From contig CAZSRS010000020.1 of the NCBI GenBank assembly GCA_964609625.1, positions 584 to 64,583 on the forward strand: a stretch of 64,000 nucleotides of DNA. The letters are read 5' to 3'. The notes under the pieces were generated by a model. That model made no database searches. It was not told the DNA's origin and saw only the letters and a program-made list of their open reading frames with translations. The position numbers and the translations under genes are program-made. Positions 23,801 to 31,436 of this stretch are shown here, piece by piece (position 1 is the first letter of the stretch; each line of letters opens with the position of its first letter). This DNA comes from an uncultured Desulfovibrionaceae bacterium. Lineage in GTDB: Bacteria > Desulfobacterota > Desulfovibrionia > Desulfovibrionales > Desulfovibrionaceae.

Positions 23801-25156
23801 GAACACAGCGCCGACGCTGGCGTGATCACCAGGCTGGAGGCCTTCCTGGACAGCCTGGCCATGCGGTCCGAGACCGAAGCCCACGGTGTGGCGAAGGGAA
23901 GCAAGCCGCGTTATGCGCACCACGTGTCAAGGGCACAGCGCATCGTCTACATCCCGCGCATGGGCGACCAGGCCCTGGGCATGCGCGCCGCCTTCGAGGC
24001 CGCGGGCGTGGAGGCCGTGGTCATGCCCCCAACGGACAAGGAGGCCCTGGCCCTGGCCATGCGCTATGTCTCGGGCAAGGAATGCTTCCCCTTTGCCGTG
24101 ACCTTGGCGGACATGCTCAAGGTGGCCGGCTCTCCGGACTTCGACCCGCGACGCGCGGCGTTTTTCATGCCCGCCGGCGGCGGTCCCTGTCGTTTCGGAC
24201 AATACAACCTGCTGCAAAAGATCATCATGGAGCGTGCTGGGTACCCGGACGTGCAAATCATCTCTCCCATGCAGGACAGCGCATTCTACCATGACCTGGG
24301 CATGATGGGGGGGAATTTCGCCCGCGACTCCTGGAAAGGCTTGGTGGCCCTGGACCTGCTGGTGAAGATGCTGCACGAGACGCGCCCCTACGAGCGAAAC
24401 ACGGGGGACGCCGACGCCCTCTACGCCCAGGCCCTGGGAGAAATCCCTCCCCTGGTCTCCAAGGATCTGGAGGTCCTGGCCTCGGCCCTGGAGCGTTACG
24501 CCCGCGATTTCAACGCCCTCCGGTACAACGGGGAGCGCAAGCCCCGCGTGGGCATCGTGGGTGAAATCTTCGTGCGCACCAACACCTTCTCCAACGAGGA
24601 CCTGGTACGGCAGGTGGAGGGGCTTGGAGGCGAGGCCTGGCTGGCCAGCGTGGACGAGTGGATCTACTACGTGAACTGGGAGTCGTTGCGCAATGCCATC
24701 AAGCGCCGTGAATTGCGCAGGATGTTTCAGGTGGGGCTGAACAACTACTTTCAGCGCAAGATCGGCCATGCCCTGGAGCGTGGCATGAACGGCGTCTACA
24801 AGAGCATCCACGACCCGGACGCCAAGACGCTGCTGCGCAAGGCCGCCCCGTATCTGCACCACTCCTTCCGGGGCGAGGCCGTGCTCAGCGTGGGCAAGTC
24901 CCTGGACATGCTCGAACGCGGGGCCCAGGGCATTGTCCTGGCCATGCCCTTCGGCTGCATGCCCGGCACCGTGGCCACGGCCCTGCTGCGCGGCGTCTGC
25001 CGGGAGCACGACGCTCCCTTGTGTTCCATACCCTTCGACGGCACGGCCTCGCCCACCACGCGCCTGCAATTGGAGACCTTCATGGAGCAGGCCGCGGTAC
25101 GTGCCAAGAAGATGGGGGGGCGGACGCCTCCTCCCGGCGTCACTCCTGAACGGTGA
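20876..25156 (+). CDS. Fused double BcrAD/BadFG-type ATPase (radical-enzyme activase) plus 2-hydroxyacyl-CoA-dehydratase-like (DUF2229/HgdB-type) domains, 1,427 aa
   Basis: Two actin-fold ATPase modules (MKRIAGFDLGSVSVKFVVLD...NSVCAAGTGSFLD; AAYMGVDIGSISTCLAVVD...NKACAAGTGSFLEEQ) are followed by about 800 aa with CYPVK, SFSCGPDSF and GGGPCRFGQYN blocks, typical of the dehydratase-component family. Confidence 0.9.
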   Translation: MKRIAGFDLGSVSVKFVVLDAGGKLLESSYVRHHGRPLDAALPLLSDLIDRHGPLPLAVTGSSGKLLADGLGVPQINELVALAQAMRAWHPEVHTVMEMGGEDAKLLLLEDGAVRDFALNSVCAAGTGSFLDQQAERMRLSIEEFADLAMQSANPPRIAGRCSVFAKSDMIHLQQIATPLHDIVAGLCFAVARNFKGSILRNRGLLPEVAFLGGVALNRGVVRAFREEFQLPELRIPDPPTIWTAAGAALKLAEMAARPVLVDTGAISRLEMGREAGAIPRRGSLLSSGDRFLERHAVRPCGEEENWRETDAPPPRAAYMGVDIGSISTCLAVVDQDGRLVARRYLRTASRPIEAVRQGLRELREELGEDLPIRGVGTTGSGRYMIADCIGADLVKNEITAQARGAVSLDQLLGGAGVDTVFEIGGQDSKFIRLHDGIIVDFEMNKACAAGTGSFLEEQAEKLDIPIKDEFAALALEAEAPCALGERCTVFMENSLMHGLQKGADKSDLLAGLSYSIVENYINRVVAGRNIGEKIFFQGGTACNTAVVAAFEKYLGREITVPPYNDVSGAIGMALLAREHMTGPNAGAPSAFKGFSVADRDYEQSSFECNGCDNRCEINKVRFAGESTVLHYGGRCEKYDIRRTAGKHLPDLFALREKALERTHTAYVAERGGRPARHGVIGLPRVFFMHDLLPFYSTLLWELGFEVMLSPRTDHRVAGLGVQATLAETCYPVKAALGHVRWLFEQGVERVFLPSFVNVAAKGSGKSSLGCPLTQSFPYLARQALVGAGREIVAPVIQLADPVASRHLSLLRHVTALGVNPLALHQAMLRAEEAQRTFQREIQEAGRTTLASLDELYGQGVERALVVVGRAYNAFDSGMNLGVPRKLATLNTLAIPMDFLPLDDLAEEIGQDWPDMYWRSGQRMLQAARCIARGPAFSRLHALIIGSFSCGPDSFILEYFHREMGDKPYLHIEIDEHSADAGVITRLEAFLDSLAMRSETEAHGVAKGSKPRYAHHVSRAQRIVYIPRMGDQALGMRAAFEAAGVEAVVMPPTDKEALALAMRYVSGKECFPFAVTLADMLKVAGSPDFDPRRAAFFMPAGGGPCRFGQYNLLQKIIMERAGYPDVQIISPMQDSAFYHDLGMMGGNFARDSWKGLVALDLLVKMLHETRPYERNTGDADALYAQALGEIPPLVSKDLEVLASALERYARDFNALRYNGERKPRVGIVGEIFVRTNTFSNEDLVRQVEGLGGEAWLASVDEWIYYVNWESLRNAIKRRELRRMFQVGLNNYFQRKIGHALERGMNGVYKSIHDPDAKTLLRKAAPYLHHSFRGEAVLSVGKSLDMLERGAQGIVLAMPFGCMPGTVATALLRGVCREHDAPLCSIPFDGTASPTTRLQLETFMEQAAVRAKKMGGRTPPPGVTPER

Positions 25157-25655
25157 AGCGCCAGGAGCAGTAGCAGTCCTCGGGGTGTGGATCGGGGGGC
25201 GCGAACAGGCACTCCACCCGGATGCGCGGGTCTATGGTCTGGGCGAAGCGCTCGAACTCGGCCTTGTGCATCGCTTTGCAGGAGTATTCTCCCAGGCCGT
25301 GTTTCTTGCGGCCCGTCTGGGCCGGACAGTCGGGGATGTCGATACGCAGCTCGCCATTTTCAGGGGCGATGGAATAGCCCACGATCATGGCCCAAGGGAA
25401 CAGGGACAGGGCGCGGGCAAAGGCCTCCAGGCCGCCTTGCTCGGGCAGGTCGAAGCGGCGCTTGATGTCGCGCGCCCCGAGTTCCGCCACCTTGCCCCAG
25501 ACGCGCTCGTTGAGTTCCTCGGCCTTGGCCAAGCCGTAGTCCTCCTCCACGCGGATGAACCAGAAGGCGTCCACCACGCGGTAGTGCCAGAGCAGGAATT
25601 CCACGAACTGTCGCTGCTCCTCGGGTGAAAGTCTGTCATAGGCGCTGAGATCCAT
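25140..25655 (-). CDS. Conserved hypothetical protein (possibly ATC-hydrolase-like / DUF6125-type fold)
   Basis: AAGGAG Shine-Dalgarno before ATG 25655 and a clean coding signal. Its 3-prime end overlaps the convergent activase gene by 17 nt. The family assignment comes from memory only. Confidence 0.6.
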   Translation of the reverse strand: MDLSAYDRLSPEEQRQFVEFLLWHYRVVDAFWFIRVEEDYGLAKAEELNERVWGKVAELGARDIKRRFDLPEQGGLEAFARALSLFPWAMIVGYSIAPENGELRIDIPDCPAQTGRKKHGLGEYSCKAMHKAEFERFAQTIDPRIRVECLFAPPDPHPEDCYCSWRFTVQE

Positions 25656-25786
25656 GGGGGGCTCCTTGTGGGGGGGGTGGCGTTCTCCCGATCCCCTGTC
25701 CCAATCCGCTGCAAAACACAACCCTCGCGTTTATTCCTGACCACGATCTTGACAACCGGCAGCAAGGAGTTACTTGACAGGACGGG

Positions 25787-25824
25787 CAAACTCTGTTTGA
25801 AACACCGATTCAAACTCTGTTTGT
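25787..25824. promoter_or_regulatory. Two copies of palindromic box CAAAC-TCT-GTTTG (24-nt period), candidate TetR operators
   Basis: CAAACTCTGTTTG occurs at 25787-25799 and again at 25811-25823, immediately upstream of the TetR ATG (25838). TTGACA-like hexamers lie at 25749 and 25774. Confidence 0.45.
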
Positions 25825-25837
25825 ATCAGGGGGATAC

Positions 25838-26491
25838 ATGCGGGAGCAACCGGCATCGACACGGGACAGGATTTTGGAAGCGGCCACCGAGGTTTTTCTG
25901 GACAAGGGCTTCGCCGCCGCCACGGTGCGCGACATCTGCAAGCGCGCCGGCGCCAACGTGGCGGCCGTGAACTACCACTTCAAGGACAAGGGCGGGCTCT
26001 ACCTCGCCGTGCTCGAGAATATCATGGTTTCGCACCTGCGCGTCTACCCTCCGGACATGGGACTGGGGGAGGATTCCACCGTCGAGGAAAGGTTGGCCGC
26101 TTTTATCCGCTCCTTTCTGCTGCGCATCATCGTGGGCGACGGCAGATGCGACCCCGACGCCACCACCCGGCTCATGGCCGAGGCCATGGTCAGCCCCTCG
26201 CCGTATCTCGACCACCTGGCCAAGTTCCACATGCTCCCCTTGAAGGCACATATCCTGGACATCGTTTCCGACTATCTCGGCGAGCCCAAGGACTCCCGCC
26301 TTGTACTGGACACCGCCGCCAGCATTGTGGGGCAGGTGCTGTTCTATTTCTATCTACAGCCGGCCATGGAAGTCCTTGGTCCGGGTGTCAAGCCCAGCCC
26401 CGAGGATGTGGATCGCCTGGCCGCGCACGTCACCGCCTTTTCCTTGGCAGGGTTGCAGGATGCCAGGCACAGGGCGGAGCACCCCGCTTGA
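25838..26491 (+). CDS. TetR/AcrR-family transcriptional regulator
   Basis: RDRILEAATEVFLDKGFAAATVRDICKRAGANVAAVNYHFKDKGGLY is the canonical TetR HTH. Confidence 0.9.
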   Translation: MREQPASTRDRILEAATEVFLDKGFAAATVRDICKRAGANVAAVNYHFKDKGGLYLAVLENIMVSHLRVYPPDMGLGEDSTVEERLAAFIRSFLLRIIVGDGRCDPDATTRLMAEAMVSPSPYLDHLAKFHMLPLKAHILDIVSDYLGEPKDSRLVLDTAASIVGQVLFYFYLQPAMEVLGPGVKPSPEDVDRLAAHVTAFSLAGLQDARHRAEHPA

Positions 26492-26536
26492 ACTACCGCC
26501 GCGGACACTGCGCCCCGGCCCATCGAGGAGAGTAGC

Positions 26537-27601
26537 ATGCGTTGTCGCCATGTGCTTATGATAATTATCCTGCTGTCATGTCTGGGAGTTGCAGGTTGCC
26601 ACGGCAACAGCAACGCCCAGGATGAGGACCGGCCCGCACCCGTGGCGCAAGGGGCGCGGGACCGCGATGTGGTGTTGGTGGAAGTACGCGAGGTTGTTCC
26701 CGAGCCGTTGCACGACGTACTCCTGCTCCCGGGCAGCACCGAGGCGCGGCACGACGTGCGCATCTCCTCGGAACGCGCCGGCCGCGTGGAGTGGGTCGGA
26801 TTCACGGAAGGCGACAAGGTCCTCAGGGGTGAGATCATCGCCAAGATCGACCTCTCGGCCCTCAAGGCCGCATTGGACCGCGCCCAGGCCAGTTACGACC
26901 TCAAGAAGCTCCTGGCCGAGCGCAGACAGGCGCTGTACGACCGCAAGGTGCTCTCCCTGGAGGAGTTGGACCAGGCGCTCACGGAGATGGTCAAGGCCCA
27001 GAGCGACCTGCGCACCACCCAGGTGGAGCACGAACAGGGTATCGTGCGCTCCCCCATCGATGGCACCGTGGAGCGGATGCACGTGGACCCCGGCGAATAT
27101 GTGAGCCAGGGTGATCCCGTGGCCGACCTGGTGTGCATCGACACCATCCGCGTCAACGTCAATGTTCCGGAAATGGACATCCGCTACATCCAATCGGACC
27201 AGAAGGTCGGCCTGCGGGTGGACGCCTATCCCGAAGCACAATGGGTGGGGCATGTGGATTTCGTTGCCAGGAAAGCCGATGCCGCCACCAAGACCTTTCA
27301 GGTGCGGGTGGTGGTGGACAACGCCGACGGCCGTATCCGCCCGGGCATGATCGCCAGGGTGGTCTTCCTACGCCGCATGATCCAGGACGCAGTAACAGCC
27401 CCGCTCTACGTGATCCAGGACAAGGGAGGGGAGCGGGTGATCTTCGTGGAAAAGGACGGGGTGGCCCATTCTCGCACCATAGAACCCGGCGTCATCGAGG
27501 GTGATCGGATCCAGATACTCTCCGGATTGCGCGCCGGTGAAAGGCTCATCGTCAAGGGCTTCGCCCAGGTCGAGGACGGCACGCGGGTGCAAGTGCAATG
27601 A
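26537..27601 (+). CDS. RND efflux periplasmic adaptor (membrane fusion) lipoprotein
   Basis: Lipobox GVAGC; coiled-coil hairpin; SPIDGTVERMHVDPGEYV lipoyl block; C-terminal VIFVEKDGVAHSRTIEPGVIEGDRIQILSGLRAGERLIV. Confidence 0.9.
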   Translation: MRCRHVLMIIILLSCLGVAGCHGNSNAQDEDRPAPVAQGARDRDVVLVEVREVVPEPLHDVLLLPGSTEARHDVRISSERAGRVEWVGFTEGDKVLRGEIIAKIDLSALKAALDRAQASYDLKKLLAERRQALYDRKVLSLEELDQALTEMVKAQSDLRTTQVEHEQGIVRSPIDGTVERMHVDPGEYVSQGDPVADLVCIDTIRVNVNVPEMDIRYIQSDQKVGLRVDAYPEAQWVGHVDFVARKADAATKTFQVRVVVDNADGRIRPGMIARVVFLRRMIQDAVTAPLYVIQDKGGERVIFVEKDGVAHSRTIEPGVIEGDRIQILSGLRAGERLIVKGFAQVEDGTRVQVQ

Positions 27602-30600
27602 TCATCAACAAAGCGGCCCTTTACCGCCAGAGCACCGTGCTGGTGCTGCTGCTGCTCATTGTCCTGGCCGGCGCTTACAGCTATGCCGTGTTGCCGCGGG
27701 AAAGCTCCCCCGACATCACCATCCCCTACATCTTCGTGACCACCGACTACGAGGGCGTGGCGCCCGAGGACATGGAGACCCTGGTGACCATCCCCCTGGA
27801 GCGCAAGCTCAAGGGCATCAGCGACACCGAGGAGATACGCTCGGTATCCGACGACGGGGTCTCCTTCATCGCCATCAAGTTCCTGCCATCGGTGGATATC
27901 GACGACGCGCTGCAGAAGGTGCGAGACAAGGTGGACCAGGCCAAGAGCGACCTGCCGCAGGATATTCCAGACGACCCCGTGGTCAGCGAGGCAAACTTCT
28001 CGGACATCCCGATCATCAACGTGGTGCTTTCCGGTGACTTCAGCCTCAAGCGGCTGAAGATATTCGCCGAGGAGTTCGAAGACCGCTTCGAGAGCATTCC
28101 CGGCGTGCTGGATGCCGTGATCATCGGCGGCCTGGAGCGCGAGATCCACGTGGAGTTCGACATCGATCGCGTGGCCTTCTACAACATGCCGGTCTCCAGC
28201 CTGATCAGCGCGCTCAGCTCGGGCAACGTGAACATGCCCGGCGGCTCCATGGACATCGGTAATGCCAAGTATCTGGTGCGCACACCTGAGGATTTCCAGC
28301 ATCCCGAGGAGATCAACAGCATCGTGGCCTTTGTGCGCGACGGCAAGCCAGTGTACCTGCGCGACGTTGCCAGCATCCGCGACCACCACAAGGACCCCCA
28401 GACACGCAGCCGCATCGACGGCAGGTCCAGCGTGACCATCGCCGTGAAGAAGCGCAGCGGCGAGAACATCATCCGCATCACCGACGAGATCAAGCGGATG
28501 GTGGAGGAGATGCGTCACCAGTTCCCGCCCAGCCTGCAGATCGTGCTCACCGCGGATCAGTCCAAGGACATCCGGCTCATGGTCGCGGACTTGGAAAACA
28601 ACATCCTCAGTGGTCTGCTGCTCGTACTGGCGGTGGTGCTCGTGTTCATCGGGGGGCGTTCGGCCCTGTTCGTGGCCGCGGCCATCCCCATCTCCATGCT
28701 CATCACCTTCAGTCTGCTGTATGCCTTGGGTATCACCCTGAATATGGTGGTGCTCTTTTCCCTGACCCTGGCCCTGGGCATGCTCGTGGACAATGGCATA
28801 GTCATCGTGGAGAACATCTACCGCCACATGCAGGAAGGCAAGGGGCGCTGGCAGGCTGCGCTGGAGGGCACCAACGAGGTGGCCTGGCCCGTGATCACCT
28901 CCACCCTGACCACTGCCGGCGCCTTTTTCCCCATGATCTTCTGGCCCGGCATCATGGGCGAATTCATGTCCTTTCTGCCCAGGACCGTGATCATCGCGCT
29001 CTTTGGCTCCCTGTTCGTGGCTCTGGTGGTCAACCCGGTACTTTCCTCGCGCTGGCAGACCACCAAACCAGCCAAGGCTCCCAAGGCAGGGAACGCCACG
29101 GAGTCCCTGAGCCTGTCAAAGCGGGTCTACCGCGCCCTGCTGCGCTGGTCCCTGCGCAACCGCGGCCTGGTGGTGATCACGTCCTTCGTGATGCTCGTGG
29201 GGATGGTCATGGCCTTCGGCATGTTCGGCAAGGGCGTGGAGTTCTTCCCGGACGTGGAGCCGGATCGGGCCTATGTCACGGTCAAGGCCCCCGTTGGCAC
29301 CAACCTCGACGCCTCGGACACCCTGGTGCAGCAGGTGGAGGCCGTGGCCGCCGAATACCCGGACATCGAGCATTACATCGCCAACCTGGGCGAGGCCGCG
29401 GGCGATGCCTTTTCCCATGGTGCCTCGGGCACGCACATCTCCAGCGTGACCCTGGTCTTCAAGGAACTCAAGGAACGCTCACGCCCCTCTTCGGAGATAC
29501 TGGACGAAATGCGCGAACGCCTGCTCGCGAGCATCCGTGGCGCGGAGATCCAGGTGGAGAAGGAAGAGGGGGGGCCGCCCACGGGCAAGCCCGTGAATTT
29601 GGAGATCTACGGCAAGGATCTGCGTTCGCTGGGCGAACTGGCCAAGAAGATCCGGACCTACATGGAGCAGGTTCCCGGCTTGGTGGACGTCAAGGACAAC
29701 TTCGTGGAGGGCAAGCCCGAGATCAAGGTCCGGGTGGACAAGGAAAAGGCCGCGCTCCTGGGCCTGGATACCTACCAGGTGGCCTACACCGTGAAGACCG
29801 CCATCAACGGCGCCAAGGTGGGCGTGTACCGCGAGGGCAAGGACGAGTATGACATCATCGCCCGGCTGCCGGAAAAGAACCGCTCCTCGGTGGAGGATCT
29901 CAAGCGGATCACGGTCTCCGGCCCCAACGGCGAACCCATCCCCCTGACCAGCCTGGCCGCCATCGAGGTGAGCAGCGGGCTCGGGGGCATCAACCGCATC
30001 GACCAGAAACGCGTGGTCACGGTCTCGGCCGACGTCTCCGGGGTCCTGGCCAACGACGTCATCCCGGTCATCGACAAATATCTCAAGGAATTGGACTGGC
30101 CCAGGGGCTATTCCTACGCCTTCACCGGGGAGCAGCAGGAGCAGGCCAAGGCCCAGGCCTTCCTGAGCAAGGCCTTCATCGTGGCCATCTTCCTCATCTT
30201 CCTGGTGCTGGTCACGCAGTTCGATTCCTTTTCCGCCCCCCTGATCATCATCACCTCGGTGGCCCTGTCACTCATAGGCGTGTTTCTGGGACTGCTGGTC
30301 ACGGGCACGGCCTTCGGCGTGATCATGACCGGCGTGGGTGTCATCAGCCTGGCCGGCGTGGTGGTGAACAACGCTATCGTGCTCATCGACTACTTCAACC
30401 AGCTCAAGGCCTCGGGCCTCCCCCCCACGGAGGCGCTGGTGCAGACCGGGTTGATCCGCTTCCGCCCGGTGCTGCTCACGGCCATCACCACCATCCTTGG
30501 GCTGCTGCCCATGGCCACGGGCGTGAGCTACGACTTCATAAACCTGCGTTGGGACATCGGCGGCGAATCCTCGCAGTGGTGGGGCTCCATGGCCGTGGCC

Positions 30601-30774
30601 GTGATCTTTGGCCTGGGTGTGGCCACGTTGTTGACCCTGGTGGTGGTGCCGGTACTCTGCTCCATCACCGAGAGCGTCAACGCCCGCCGCGTGGCGAAGC
30701 GGGAGCGCAAGAAGTCGCGCATGCAGGAGAAGGCGGCGGCAAAGGCGGAGGCCGGGAAAACGGCGGGAGTGTAA
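27598..30774 (+). CDS. RND efflux transporter permease (AcrB/HAE1-like), 1,058 aa
   Basis: 12-TM AcrB architecture with FSLTLALGMLVDNGIVIVENI and AGVVVNNAIVLIDY blocks. ATGA overlap with the adaptor gene. No outer-membrane factor gene follows. Confidence 0.95.
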   Translation: MIINKAALYRQSTVLVLLLLIVLAGAYSYAVLPRESSPDITIPYIFVTTDYEGVAPEDMETLVTIPLERKLKGISDTEEIRSVSDDGVSFIAIKFLPSVDIDDALQKVRDKVDQAKSDLPQDIPDDPVVSEANFSDIPIINVVLSGDFSLKRLKIFAEEFEDRFESIPGVLDAVIIGGLEREIHVEFDIDRVAFYNMPVSSLISALSSGNVNMPGGSMDIGNAKYLVRTPEDFQHPEEINSIVAFVRDGKPVYLRDVASIRDHHKDPQTRSRIDGRSSVTIAVKKRSGENIIRITDEIKRMVEEMRHQFPPSLQIVLTADQSKDIRLMVADLENNILSGLLLVLAVVLVFIGGRSALFVAAAIPISMLITFSLLYALGITLNMVVLFSLTLALGMLVDNGIVIVENIYRHMQEGKGRWQAALEGTNEVAWPVITSTLTTAGAFFPMIFWPGIMGEFMSFLPRTVIIALFGSLFVALVVNPVLSSRWQTTKPAKAPKAGNATESLSLSKRVYRALLRWSLRNRGLVVITSFVMLVGMVMAFGMFGKGVEFFPDVEPDRAYVTVKAPVGTNLDASDTLVQQVEAVAAEYPDIEHYIANLGEAAGDAFSHGASGTHISSVTLVFKELKERSRPSSEILDEMRERLLASIRGAEIQVEKEEGGPPTGKPVNLEIYGKDLRSLGELAKKIRTYMEQVPGLVDVKDNFVEGKPEIKVRVDKEKAALLGLDTYQVAYTVKTAINGAKVGVYREGKDEYDIIARLPEKNRSSVEDLKRITVSGPNGEPIPLTSLAAIEVSSGLGGINRIDQKRVVTVSADVSGVLANDVIPVIDKYLKELDWPRGYSYAFTGEQQEQAKAQAFLSKAFIVAIFLIFLVLVTQFDSFSAPLIIITSVALSLIGVFLGLLVTGTAFGVIMTGVGVISLAGVVVNNAIVLIDYFNQLKASGLPPTEALVQTGLIRFRPVLLTAITTILGLLPMATGVSYDFINLRWDIGGESSQWWGSMAVAVIFGLGVATLLTLVVVPVLCSITESVNARRVAKRERKKSRMQEKAAAKAEAGKTAGV

Positions 30775-30981
30775 GTGCTGGCGTGATGGTTCTGTAACTG
30801 CTGCGTTCAGGGCGTAGAAAATCGCGACCGGGAAACGACCATGCCGCCGAGGGCATGAAGCCGAAAGATGGGCGGCTCGCGAGCCACCCAACCGAAATAG
30901 GCGAATGGCTGCAAGGATCGATCAAATCGGAGCCACATTGCAGTCAGGGCCGCACAACCCGCGCTCTTGGAGTGGGGGTTG

Positions 30982-31296
30982 ATGATGGAAAATGCCACTG
31001 CCTGCTCCGGCAGTTCTTTCGATGATTTTCTGAGGGGGGAAGGACTGTACGAGGAAGTTCAGACCACTGCACAAAAACGCGTATTGTTCTGGCTGCTCTC
31101 GCAATACATGGCCGACCACAGGCTGTCCAAGGCCGCGTTGGCTCGCATGATGCACACGAGCCGGACGCAGATCGACCGCATTCTCGACCCCGAGAACACG
31201 TCCATCACCTTGCAGACCATTTATAGCGTGGCGTCGGTCATGGACAAGAGCGACACCCTTGTCCTGGAAGATCGTCTTCCCGAATCATCCTCCTGA
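30982..31296 (+). CDS. XRE-family HTH protein of the HigA2 / Gp49-partner antitoxin type, orphan
   Basis: SSFDDFLRGEGLYEEV...LSKAALARMMHTSRTQIDRILDPENTSITLQTI matches the common antitoxin pattern SFDDFL.EEGI.EEV......SKA..A..M.TSR.Q.DRLLDPEN.S.TL.TL. Confidence 0.7.
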   Translation: MMENATACSGSSFDDFLRGEGLYEEVQTTAQKRVLFWLLSQYMADHRLSKAALARMMHTSRTQIDRILDPENTSITLQTIYSVASVMDKSDTLVLEDRLPESSS

Positions 31297-31436
31297 ACAG
31301 ACTGCCCGAGCCCGAACCGGGCTGGATCACTTCTCCTCCCGCAGCGCTCCGCGGTGCTTTTCCACTTGCTCCTGCCCTTGCCAACCCCCAGGGGGGCGGT
31401 TATGCTCCTTTCCACGAAATTCTCCTGGAGGTGGCA

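Noticed and set aside
21293-25069. Long minus-strand ORFs (667 aa and 380 aa) opposite the activase fusion gene
   Set aside because: Antisense shadows of a gene with unmistakable BcrAD/BadFG and dehydratase-family motifs.
30775-30981. Possible decayed Gp49/HigB2-type toxin upstream of the orphan XRE antitoxin
   Set aside because: All frames carry stops, and the similarity to toxin C-termini is marginal. It is reported only as a question inside the corresponding finding.
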